Below are positions 17,263 to 26,752 of a stretch of 64,000 nucleotides of DNA, one piece after another. The stretch comes from Methanomassiliicoccales archaeon. Its GTDB lineage: Archaea > Thermoplasmatota > Thermoplasmata > Methanomassiliicoccales > UBA472. Where the stretch lies: NCBI GenBank assembly GCA_013415865.1, contig CP058896.1, positions 267,957 to 331,956 on the forward strand, in the 5' to 3' direction. The notes under the pieces were generated by a model. It saw only the letters and a program-made list of their open reading frames with translations. It ran no database searches and was not told where the DNA came from. Both the position numbers and the translations under genes were made by a program. Each line of letters starts with the position of its first letter. Within the stretch, counting starts at the first letter, position 1.

Positions 17263-20200
17263 TTGCGTGGGGAGAACGATATTGTGGGGGTCAATGATAA
17301 TTTTCAGAATTGCCCATGGTTTTTCCCTTGCCATACCTCGTCCATGGTCATGAGCTCGGTATTAAAATTGATCCGATGTGATGATTATTCTGATGATAAA
17401 TTAAGAAAATTATCGGCCCACTCATCTGGTTTTTCAATAATTGGAGAAAGGGAAATTGAAAATACAGAAGTGGATGAAGAAAGGGCGTTCCTGGCGGCGG
17501 TCCTTTCCAAGATCTATCAAAGGGGCAGTCCTTCACCCTGCAGTCTAGAGACCGAGAGAAGGTTGCTGATGAGATGTCAGGAGCTTTCTATTTTGAAATT
17601 TGAGGAGTCCAATAGGTCTGGCAGCATTGTATTCGATGTGACGGGGTCGGTCGAAGGTCTTTCCTCGATGCTCGAATCTTGTTTCTTCCCGGAGCTGTTG
17701 GTCGAGGGTAAGGATCTCGATGGCCTCATCGAACTGTACCTCTCAATATGTACCGGGCCTGAAAAGGAATTCTTCAATAAGATATGCAGCGCGCTCCCTC
17801 TCAAGAATCTGGCCTTGATGATAGTTCCCCAAAGGACCTTCAGATCGATGGGGATCGACGGGCATGTGTCGGAACGCGTGGATTTCGCTATCGAGGTACC
17901 TGACCTCGACCGAGGGGGCTGGCTCAAAATAGTCATCGAGATAGACGATTCCAGCCACAATTCTACTCAGTTCAAAGATAAGCAAAGGGACAAAGACCTC
18001 AGCAACGCCAAATGGAAAGTATATAGATTGAGGACCAATGAAAAACATAAATGGGACCGAGCGGTCGAGAACATTGCCATAGATCTGATCACCGCAGTAA
18101 CTCCGAATATAATCGAGGCCTCGGTCCGGCTTAATAAAATGGAAGAGAAGCGGAGAAACGCCATCAGAGATATGGTCCTGGTGCCCATGGCGGAATCCAA
18201 GATTGCGTTTTTGGCATCTCGAGGATTGGTCCGAAATGTTGGACAGGGGATCATTGTCAAATCACCTCGAAATTTAGACCTTGAGCCGGCAGTTAGATCT
18301 GTTATGGACACGATCCGCCACATCATTTCGCTTTATAATCTCAATGTCCATTTCAAAGTGAAGTTGGGACCTGAAGGGACTGTCGATTATTATGCCTGTC
18401 CCCATCCTTCGATGTGGAGCTCGGTCGATCCGGGCGAGCGGCTCTGTCCGATCGTTGTGTCACCGGAAGTTGTGGAACGTATGATCGTTGCTGACCCGGT
18501 CCCGTTGTATTACAAAGGATTCGAGGAGACCGTTGACAGGTCCCTCAGATTCTTCCTTCAGAACATATTTAGAAAATATGATTTCAGATATGGTCAGCTT
18601 GAGATAATCCGGAGAGCTCTTTCCCTGGAACATGTGGTCGGTCTTCTTCCCACCAGCGGAGGGAAGTCCCTCTGCTACCAATTATCCTCAATTCTACAAC
18701 CAGGAATATCGGTCGTGATCGATCCTTTACGGTCCTTGATCGTCGATCAGGTCGACAATCTGAACAGAATGGGGATGGACAGGATCGGGGTCATCATAAG
18801 CAGAGGTAGAAAGAACATCTCGGAAGAATCGGCCTTGAGAGAGAAAGTGATGGATAATATGATGGGCGGGATGTATCAGTTCATCTTCATCGCCCCTGAG
18901 AGGCTCCAGATCCAAAAATTCAGCAAGTTGATAATGGAGCAGATCGAGATACCGATAACATATTGCGTGGTGGATGAGGCGCATTGCGTAAGTGAATGGG
19001 GCCATGATTTCAGGACCTCGTATCTGAACGTCGGTAGAAGGTTCGCTGAGAGGGACATTGACAGACCCAATTGGAGGACCCACTTCATCGCATTGACCGG
19101 GACGGCCTCCAGGAATGTTCTGGTCGACATCATGAGAGAATTGATGATTGAGGACGAGGAGGCCATAGTCGAACCCAGGTCCTACGACCGTCCAGAATTG
19201 CATTTTTCCGTTGTGAAGGTAAGTAAAGAAGAAAGGATCGGAACGATCGTGAGGTTGGTGAGCAGGATCGTTGAAAAGAATTTTTATGAGTCCAGAAAGG
19301 TCCCGTCTGGCCTGATCTTTACAAATTTCGCTGGCAGCGAGATAGGGGTCATCCCATTAAAAAACGCCATAAGGTCGGAATTGAGCGGTGTGAAGGTCGA
19401 TTGTTACGCCGGAAAGAATCCGGAGAATCGGGACAATAACGAAACGATGAAATGCGATTGGGAGGATCAAAAGATCAATGTCCAATCGGATTTTAAAAAC
19501 GGCGCGGTCGATATATTGACGTGCACCCACTCATTTGGCATGGGTATCGATAAGCCTGACATCAGATTTACGATCAATGCCATGTTGCCCCGTTCCATCG
19601 AGGAATTCTATCAGCAGGCGGGAAGGGCAGGCAGGGACGGAAATGACTCGGACTGTTATCTGGTGTTCTCCGATGACGAACCCGGTCTCAGTGACCAGAT
19701 ATTGGATGATAATAGGACTCCGCTTGACGATATCTCATTCAGGGTCAATAATCTGGACTGGGAGCGGAGGGATGATGCCCTGCATAATACCTGGTTTCTC
19801 TCGGCTGCATTTCAGGGAGTGGAGGAAGAGAAACAACAGCTGAGATATTTGCTCAGAAGGGAGATCGAATTGGTATTGAAGGATGAATCGAAGCTCAGGG
19901 TCACCAGCATTCCCTTCCTTCTCAGTCGAAAAGACCCGTTCAACGGAAAGGACGAGACTGTCCTAGAAAAAATAATCTACAGGCTCCAGACGATCGGGGC
20001 GATCAGGGATTATTACAAAGATTACAATGGTCAAAAATTCACCCTGCACCTGATCGAATTCGATTCAAGTTCGATCTACGAACAAACAAGAAAACACCTC
20101 GGAAGATACATTTCCGAAGGAGAGATAGAAAAGCGTCTGGGAAGGGCATCCCGATCGGACCCTTATGAGGCCGTTGAGCATTGTGGTGGCGTCCTCATCG

Positions 20201-20793
20201 ATTTCATTTACGATAAAATCGTGAAAAGACGAAGAAGGGCCATGCACCAGATGCTTGAGCTTGCGAGGGTAGGGACCGTCGACATCGACAGGTTCAAGCT
20301 GGATATGCTCGCATTCTTAGAAGAATCGGAGTTCACGAAGCCGGTGGCCGGTCTTAGCTTGAGCGATGACCCGGATGCATGGCTCGAGATCCTGGAAAGA
20401 TTGGATGGCGTAGACTCGATGAGAAAGCTTCTGGGGGCGTGCAGGAGACAGTTAGAGGAAACGCCTGGACATCCCGGGTTGCTGATAATGGCCGGGTTCT
20501 GTGCCCTGAGCTATTCGAATGTGGCCAATGGCATGAAGGACCTTAAGAACGGATTATTTGCCTTGAAAGATTCTGTTTCGGACGATCATACCATAATGAA
20601 GACGGTCGAGAGGTTTTTCGAGATCTCGGAAAGGGTCCAGCCCTCGAAAAGAGAGTACATTCTCGAGGCGCTTCTGGAGCTTGGGATGCCGGATGTTGAT
20701 AGGTTCGTTTACAAGAGGTCCGGTCAATTTGGATACGCGCATCTGACCAGTCTTGTTAAGATCACTTCGGAGCTGGGGATCGGGAGAGAATAA
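17263..20793 (+). CDS. RecQ-family SF2 helicase with N-terminal PD-(D/E)xK-like (DUF2726/DUF559-like) module and unassigned C-terminal domain
   Basis: The helicase motifs are LLPTSGGKSLCYQL (I), VVDEAHCVSEWGHDFR (II), LTGTAS (III), HSFGMGIDKPDIRF and QQAGRAGRDG (VI). The N-terminal module is RVDFAIEV..KIVIEIDDSSH..KQRDKDLSNAKWKVYRL. No RQC/HRDC is recognisable. The start lies somewhere between TTG 17263 and ATG 17344, and a TATA-like AAATTATATC sits at 17211-17220. Confidence 0.8.
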   Translation: MRGENDIVGVNDNFQNCPWFFPCHTSSMVMSSVLKLIRCDDYSDDKLRKLSAHSSGFSIIGEREIENTEVDEERAFLAAVLSKIYQRGSPSPCSLETERRLLMRCQELSILKFEESNRSGSIVFDVTGSVEGLSSMLESCFFPELLVEGKDLDGLIELYLSICTGPEKEFFNKICSALPLKNLALMIVPQRTFRSMGIDGHVSERVDFAIEVPDLDRGGWLKIVIEIDDSSHNSTQFKDKQRDKDLSNAKWKVYRLRTNEKHKWDRAVENIAIDLITAVTPNIIEASVRLNKMEEKRRNAIRDMVLVPMAESKIAFLASRGLVRNVGQGIIVKSPRNLDLEPAVRSVMDTIRHIISLYNLNVHFKVKLGPEGTVDYYACPHPSMWSSVDPGERLCPIVVSPEVVERMIVADPVPLYYKGFEETVDRSLRFFLQNIFRKYDFRYGQLEIIRRALSLEHVVGLLPTSGGKSLCYQLSSILQPGISVVIDPLRSLIVDQVDNLNRMGMDRIGVIISRGRKNISEESALREKVMDNMMGGMYQFIFIAPERLQIQKFSKLIMEQIEIPITYCVVDEAHCVSEWGHDFRTSYLNVGRRFAERDIDRPNWRTHFIALTGTASRNVLVDIMRELMIEDEEAIVEPRSYDRPELHFSVVKVSKEERIGTIVRLVSRIVEKNFYESRKVPSGLIFTNFAGSEIGVIPLKNAIRSELSGVKVDCYAGKNPENRDNNETMKCDWEDQKINVQSDFKNGAVDILTCTHSFGMGIDKPDIRFTINAMLPRSIEEFYQQAGRAGRDGNDSDCYLVFSDDEPGLSDQILDDNRTPLDDISFRVNNLDWERRDDALHNTWFLSAAFQGVEEEKQQLRYLLRREIELVLKDESKLRVTSIPFLLSRKDPFNGKDETVLEKIIYRLQTIGAIRDYYKDYNGQKFTLHLIEFDSSSIYEQTRKHLGRYISEGEIEKRLGRASRSDPYEAVEHCGGVLIDFIYDKIVKRRRRAMHQMLELARVGTVDIDRFKLDMLAFLEESEFTKPVAGLSLSDDPDAWLEILERLDGVDSMRKLLGACRRQLEETPGHPGLLIMAGFCALSYSNVANGMKDLKNGLFALKDSVSDDHTIMKTVERFFEISERVQPSKREYILEALLELGMPDVDRFVYKRSGQFGYAHLTSLVKITSELGIGRE

Positions 20794-20794
20794 A

Positions 20795-21673
20795 ATGCCA
20801 TTGGAAACAAATGAGGAATCGCGGCGGGAGCTGATATTGAAGGCGGAAGAAGCGATACGACTGCTTGCGGAAGAATATGGAAAGGCATGTCAAGTATCAA
20901 ATTTCGCAAAAGAATCGCTGGACAGGATCACCGAGGCCAGAAACACCCTGACTGAAGCATTGTCATTGATAGAGAACGCGCAGATGAACCTTATTGAGGA
21001 CTCCAATAGGTCCAGGGAGGCTCTGGAATCTGCCAATAAGAGAAACGAGGAGGTCCGAGTAAGTCTTTTATCCTCTCTCGTCACGATCGAGAGGCTGGAC
21101 AAGGAGGTCCAGTTGCTTCAGAGGGACCTGTCCTCGGCGATCACGGAGCTCAAGAGAAGAGACAAAGAGATCTTGGACCTGATGATCGAGAATAACGAGA
21201 ATATAGTTTCTACCATCGAAAAATTGAGCGGGTCGGTCCAAGTAATTTTTGATGAGCTTAAGAAAAATTACGCACAATTGACCCTGTTGATAGAACAGGG
21301 GGATAGATCAATTCAGGATCTGATAAAAGACCGGGAACTTAAGTTGTCCTTTAAGATCGATGAGAGCGGATCGAAGATCGTAAATGACCTTGCTGCGTTG
21401 AAAGAGAAGCTTGAAAACTATTATGGGCAGATGGTCAATAATTTCAAAGATACAAATCAGGAAATTACGCTCAAGAACGAGCTGTTGGTATCTTTATTGA
21501 AGACGGAATACGAGAGCCTCATCGAAAGGTTCGAACGATTGGACAAAGAGAGCAAGGCCCGTCACGAGGAAGTGATGAACAAGCTTGAGCTTGCCCGATA
21601 TGCAGCAGTGTTCTCGGCCATATCTGTGGTAGGGATCGCTGGAGTGTTGATAATTTTGTTCATGGGAGGGTAA
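20795..21673 (+). CDS. Tail-anchored coiled-coil protein, partner of the helicase
   Basis: ATG 20795 is 1 nt after the helicase stop codon. The 292-aa protein is almost entirely charged heptad-like helix (EEAIRLLAEEYG..., LDKEVQLLQRDLSSAITELKRRDKEILDL...). It ends in a single TM, AAVFSAISVVGIAGVLIILFMGG. Confidence 0.6.
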   Translation: MPLETNEESRRELILKAEEAIRLLAEEYGKACQVSNFAKESLDRITEARNTLTEALSLIENAQMNLIEDSNRSREALESANKRNEEVRVSLLSSLVTIERLDKEVQLLQRDLSSAITELKRRDKEILDLMIENNENIVSTIEKLSGSVQVIFDELKKNYAQLTLLIEQGDRSIQDLIKDRELKLSFKIDESGSKIVNDLAALKEKLENYYGQMVNNFKDTNQEITLKNELLVSLLKTEYESLIERFERLDKESKARHEEVMNKLELARYAAVFSAISVVGIAGVLIILFMGG

Positions 21674-21677
21674 ACCA

Positions 21678-21685
21678 TTTTTTTT
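21678..21685 (+). terminator. Oligo-T (T8) terminator candidate after the helicase/coiled-coil pair
   Basis: TTTTTTTT begins 5 nt after the stop codon of the coiled-coil gene. Archaeal termination typically uses oligo-T tracts. Confidence 0.4.
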
Positions 21686-21764
21686 AAAACCTTTCGAACT
21701 TATTGCATTTATCGACCTTTTGATCCCCTTTGATCCCTCCATTTGGATCGGCCTACCATACTCG

Positions 21765-21772
21765 TTTATATG
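21765..21772 (+). promoter_or_regulatory. TATA-like box for the flippase gene
   Basis: TTTATATG lies about 30 nt upstream of GTG 21799, which would give a leaderless or very short-leader mRNA. Confidence 0.3.
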
Positions 21773-21798
21773 ATTACGGAATATTCCACTCGATCTAG

Positions 21799-23310
21799 GT
21801 GCTCGGTCGTAAGTCCTTACTTGTGTTCCTCGGCAGCACGATATCCTCTGCCCTGGGGTTCATCTGCCTGTTCTTCATAACCAACTACGTCGGGGTGGAC
21901 AAGTACGGCACCGTCATCCTGATGACCTCCATACTTACAACGATAAACGTCATCGCGGACCTGGGCTTCTCGAGCGCGCACATCAAGAGGATATCCGAGG
22001 GTCAGGACGTCGACGATTGCGTCTCTACCTTCGTCCTGATAAAAATTAATTTGACCTGCCTGTTCGTCATAGCGTCGTTCCTTGCGCTGTTCATCTGGAT
22101 GGCGGCGCTTGGGAGGACCATCACCGACGTATCTAGGGATGTCTTCCTGGTGATGCTGCTGTTCGAGGTGTTCGTGAACCTATCGAACATCGCCGTGATA
22201 ACATTCCAGGGAAGGAGCGAGGTCGCGAAGGTCCAGTTCCTGCAGATACTGAACCCGTTGGTGCGGTTGCCTTTGGTGGTGCTCATCGCGTTCGCAGGGT
22301 CCAGCGCGGTTTTGCTAGCGGTGACCTACATGCTCGGCGCGATGGCGATGATGATAGCCTCATTTTTAATGATCAAGAGGGCGAGGTTCAGATGGAAGAG
22401 GCCCACCCTGTTCCGTTCGTACCTGACCTTCACCGTCCCGATCATCGTTGTGACGATAGTGTCGACGTTGTATCTCAACATCGACAAGATCATCATAGGA
22501 CTGGCGATAGACAACGTCCACGTTGGTTATTATTCGACCGTGCAGACGTTCCTTGGTGTCATCGCGGCCATCGGGACAGCGGTGTCCGTACTTACGTTCC
22601 CGAACTTCTCGTACCTCTTCGGCCAAGGTAGGGTCTCGGAGGTAAGAGAGAAGGCCTTGGCCGCCGAGAGGTATATATCGATGGTCTCGCTGCCGTTGGT
22701 CATTGTGCTGGTCATGTTCCCAAGTGAGGTACTGTCGACGCTGTTCGGCCCTGACCTTGCTGAAGGCGGGGATGCGCTGAGGTTCCTTGCCATTGGAACC
22801 TATATTGTGATGATAAATCAGCCGTACAGCTCGCAGCTGCTTGCGGCGAACAGGCCAGATATACTTGCGAAGAGCACGATAATAGGGTTTGCCATCGGGA
22901 CGGGCCTCTTCCTGCTTCTGATCCCGAAGGAGCTCTATGGAATAAGCACGATGGGGATGGGACTGGCCGGGGCAGGGATCGCAATAATAATGTCGAACCT
23001 GGGCCAGACGTTAATTGTAAGAAGTGCGGCGAAGGGGCTTTCAGGTTTAGCGCTCAACATGAGAATGTCACTTCAATTCTTGACGGCAATTTTCATTGGA
23101 ATATTATCACATGTTGTTTTCTTTTTAATGGATATCGAACCGTTCTTATCTATCCGATTATTTTTTGTAGTATTGGGCATCCCAGTTTTATTTTATACTT
23201 TATTGATTATATTTAACGAAGTTTCAAAAGAAGATATAAAATATTTTAAAGAATTAATAAATATTAAAAAAATGGTCCAATATATTATAAATGAAGCGCG
23301 AAATAAATAA
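21799..23310 (+). CDS. Wzx-like oligosaccharide/polysaccharide flippase (MOP/MATE-like superfamily)
   Basis: 503 aa with at least 12 hydrophobic helices. The N-terminal pattern SSALGFICLFFITNYVGVDKYGTV...DLGFSSAHIKRISEG is typical of polysaccharide biosynthesis (Wzx) proteins. The last ~90 codons switch to very AT-rich codon usage. Confidence 0.7.
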   Translation: MLGRKSLLVFLGSTISSALGFICLFFITNYVGVDKYGTVILMTSILTTINVIADLGFSSAHIKRISEGQDVDDCVSTFVLIKINLTCLFVIASFLALFIWMAALGRTITDVSRDVFLVMLLFEVFVNLSNIAVITFQGRSEVAKVQFLQILNPLVRLPLVVLIAFAGSSAVLLAVTYMLGAMAMMIASFLMIKRARFRWKRPTLFRSYLTFTVPIIVVTIVSTLYLNIDKIIIGLAIDNVHVGYYSTVQTFLGVIAAIGTAVSVLTFPNFSYLFGQGRVSEVREKALAAERYISMVSLPLVIVLVMFPSEVLSTLFGPDLAEGGDALRFLAIGTYIVMINQPYSSQLLAANRPDILAKSTIIGFAIGTGLFLLLIPKELYGISTMGMGLAGAGIAIIMSNLGQTLIVRSAAKGLSGLALNMRMSLQFLTAIFIGILSHVVFFLMDIEPFLSIRLFFVVLGIPVLFYTLLIIFNEVSKEDIKYFKELINIKKMVQYIINEARNK

Positions 23311-24051
23311 TAATTCTATTTAAATATTGGGGTAATCATAATTAAATCATTGTGATATGAAAAAAATATTCTTGACATTCAACTAGCCAGGCTAGTGATA
23401 TAAATAATAGTGTATCTAAGAAATTAAACTTCCTCCTTCATACTTTCTGTAATTTATTAGGGAGCAATCAGGCGTAATGGGTTTATACATTAAGATAATA
23501 TTAATATAGTAATATTCTAAATAGAGCGTTAAAATATCTCGAGGGCACATATTTTTTCGAAAGACGAATGATATAAAACCTCGATATACGCAATTTCAAA
23601 GCTTGAAGGTTCTGTAACAGCGGTTATTGTAGCTATTATACTAAAACTATTTTTATGATCGGTGTTAACCTTATAAATTATACTAAGTTCCAAACATCGT
23701 TCGACAATCCTTTGGATCAAAATTTATAATAAAGGGACGGCATGTGAAACGAGTGATGTTGAATTTATAAAATATGGCTCTAGCATGTCTTACCGAATGT
23801 GATGAAATATTAAAATTAAATAGAGATTATATAATGTTTCCTCCTCGAAAAAATTGAAGTGTCTGATGCTAAATAATATTCTTTATTTGTTTCTTCATTT
23901 TATCCTTTTTTAAAATGGCGTTTAAAAAAAATACATGAATAAATTATATAAAACAAAATTATCTGCGTATAATAGATTAAATAAATCTTTAATTTTATAG
24001 TCGACTCGATGTATAAGATTGGGTAATTTTAAATTGAAAATCGGTGAAAAT

Positions 24052-25446
24052 ATGCATGTAACTGCAATAATTTTAGCTGGTGGTGTCGGGAAAAGATTTG
24101 GGCTTGATGTACCAAAACAATTTGTAAAGTTAGCTGGTAAACCAATTATTTCGCATACCATTGACATATTTGAGAAAAATAGTATGATTAAAGAAATTAT
24201 AATTGTAGTTAATAAAGAATATTATAATTATTTAAATAATCTAGTAAAAAGTGGCCACGATTCAAATAAAATTAAAATAGTGGTAGGTGGTGATACTCGT
24301 CAAGAATCTTCATTCAATGGATTATTAGCTTGTTCAAAAAGTACTACTCACGTACTAATACATGATGCTGTTCGTCCATTTATAGACCAAGAAATTATTT
24401 ATGAATGCATTTTGAAACTTGAAGAATATGATGCAATTGATGTATGCATTGATTCGTCAGATACTCTAGTCGAAATTAATGAAAACAATGAAATCATCAA
24501 AATACCAAATAGAACGTCGATTAAAAGAGGACAAACCCCCCAAGCTTTTAAATTTGATGTGATTTTTAATGCACATAAAATATGCCAATCAAAGGGAATA
24601 CAGAATTCTACGGATGATTGTAACCTTGTATTACAATCAAATTTATGCAAAATACATGTAATCAATGGATCAAACCATAATATAAAGATTACTAATCCTA
24701 TTGACATCTCAATAGCAGAGAAAATTTTTCAAATTAGAGAGAAAAAAAGTCAATTGCTTAGTTATGATGATTTATTGCATAAATTGAATAATAAAGTGAT
24801 AGTAGTTGTGGGAGGAAGTTCTGGAATAGGTAAATCAATATGTGAGATTGGGAACAAACTTGGATCTGTTACCATCCCTTTGTCTAGATCTAATGGATTT
24901 GATGTTAGAAATCCAGAAACCATTAAATTTCATCTAAGTAAAATTTATAAAAAATATGAAAGAATCGATGCTGTAGTGATATGTGCGGCAATTCTCCATC
25001 GAAATAAATTTGAAAACTTTACCGATGATGAAATTAGAGAATTAATAGAAATCAACTTGACTGGGAATGCATATGTGGCAAAATATTCTATACCATATTT
25101 AAAAAAGACAAATGGCAAATTAGTTTTTTTTGCTTCGAGCTCATATTATAAGGGAAGGGGCGAATATTCGACCTATAGCGCAACAAAAGCTGGAATAGTA
25201 AATTTAATGCAATCGTTATCCGAGGAATTAGAGGACAAGGTTAGCGTTTTGGCCATTAATCCTCAAAGAACGAAGACACCATTAAGAACACGTAACTTTG
25301 GGGACGAGGATATAGATACATTGTTATCTGCGGATTTTGTAGCGTTATCCACATTAAATTCAATTGCTAAGGAAGGGAACAATGGTTGCATAATCGATAT
25401 AAGATTGTCGGACGAAAAAAAAGGAAGCCTTAAATATAATGAATAG
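24052..25446 (+). CDS. Bifunctional IspD/TarI-like cytidylyltransferase + short-chain dehydrogenase/reductase (CDP-ribitol-synthase-like architecture)
   Basis: Start at ATG 24052 (MHVTAIILAGGVGKRFGLDVPKQFVKLAGKPII = IspD/TarI nucleotide-binding loop). The C-terminal half has the SDR motifs VVGGSSGIGKS (TGxxxGxG-like) and YSATKAGIVNL (YxxxK). Confidence 0.75.
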   Translation: MHVTAIILAGGVGKRFGLDVPKQFVKLAGKPIISHTIDIFEKNSMIKEIIIVVNKEYYNYLNNLVKSGHDSNKIKIVVGGDTRQESSFNGLLACSKSTTHVLIHDAVRPFIDQEIIYECILKLEEYDAIDVCIDSSDTLVEINENNEIIKIPNRTSIKRGQTPQAFKFDVIFNAHKICQSKGIQNSTDDCNLVLQSNLCKIHVINGSNHNIKITNPIDISIAEKIFQIREKKSQLLSYDDLLHKLNNKVIVVVGGSSGIGKSICEIGNKLGSVTIPLSRSNGFDVRNPETIKFHLSKIYKKYERIDAVVICAAILHRNKFENFTDDEIRELIEINLTGNAYVAKYSIPYLKKTNGKLVFFASSSYYKGRGEYSTYSATKAGIVNLMQSLSEELEDKVSVLAINPQRTKTPLRTRNFGDEDIDTLLSADFVALSTLNSIAKEGNNGCIIDIRLSDEKKGSLKYNE

Positions 25447-26752
25447 ATTTAAATTTATTTTAAATAACTAGGTTCAGATATTTATTTTTGGATAATACAG
25501 TATTTTCCACTTCTTCAATTAAGATAGATATTTAATCGTAATGTGAATATTGTGATTTGGATGCACTTCATGGTTAAAGATACATCAGCTGCGATATGGG
25601 AATATATAGCTGCCCTATGGAGTTTATATTGATAAGCCTCTTTGGGGGATTTTCAGATATATGCGAAGAGATTGATTCTCGGCAAAGATGGCTATATAAA
25701 TATTAAATATATCGTCTCGTTCGCATTTAATATTGGCTCATAGCGCTCGCTCAATCGGTTCTATCTTCTCTCTGGAAATGGAGCTCGCAAAATTGACCAG
25801 ATGAAATCGAGGATGACGATGCAAGGAAAAAAGGGTGGTTTTTCGGTCGTTAATCACACATTGATTGAAAAGACCCAGAAGCAAATTGTCGGCAGGTTTG
25901 ATTTACAATCATTATGAGGATAGAAGCGTATGATTTTACAACTTTGTGGATTGTCCTAATTCGATAGGACCGGATACGGTTTCTTTTTCCTATTAGAACT
26001 ACCTAAAGTATAATTTGGCAAGGAAGATAAATTGATTTTCAAGACGAGGGTTGAACTAGCCGTCCAGTTAATTTAGAAGGTAAAATGCTGGAGCGATCGG
26101 ACTTCTTTCTATTCGGTGCCCAAATTGGAGGAATTGGGTGTAACGTTCAATCTTGTCGATGATGCCATGTTTCCTTTAAGAGGCTCAATCTAATCTTTTC
26201 GACGAGTTAGAAGGCCAAGTGATGTGGCTGGTGTAGGTGTTCCCACTATTGAATCTGAACGATTCCTGGAAGCTTGACGACCATTATTAGGAGGGTTACG
26301 ATCGTTTCTATGAGTTCTTCATGGAGCTGGGCAAATGTCTGGAGAAGGTTAAGGTCGATTTCGTGACTGTCGGCAAGCATTTTCGAGCGACTATCTCGGA
26401 CTAGTTGGAGATGTGCAGAGAATGGGATGGAAAAGTGTAATGTGAAGTGGAAGATTGCAGATGTTCTACCGAGACCACAAGCCGTACCCCGAATATGTGA
26501 ATATCAGGTCAGAAAGATTGGTATAAGAGTTATGAATCTCCTTTTAAGTTATTATAACCTACAATATCCTAAAAGGTATTGATCAGTGCCTCGAAATTCA
26601 AAAATCAAATTAAATGGTGTATACGCCATCTAGCTTTTTTGCCAAATACAGAAACATTGAGCGTTGCAGGGATTGATTTTCAACGATTAGATGGTTGAAA
26701 TTGTAAAAGTGTGGTATAAAATAAATAATAATAGAAGAATTTCGATTTATCC
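25447..26752. other. 1.3-kb ORF-free, stop-riddled segment of intermediate GC (probable decayed gene remnants)
   Basis: The track has no ORF of 60 aa or more in any frame across 1.3 kb. G+C is visibly higher than in the surrounding island genes. My translations give only short fragments (e.g. MELGKCLEKVKVDFVTVGKHFRATISD) separated by stop codons. Confidence 0.35.

Noticed and set aside
23370-23400. A bacterial sigma-70-like promoter (TTGACA ... ATATAA) and a CTAGCC-A-GGCTAG palindrome lie in the AT-rich gap after the flippase.
   Set aside because: The spacer is about 20 nt, so the -10 element is poorly placed. Such hexamers are expected by chance in AT-rich DNA. There is no downstream gene for ~650 bp.
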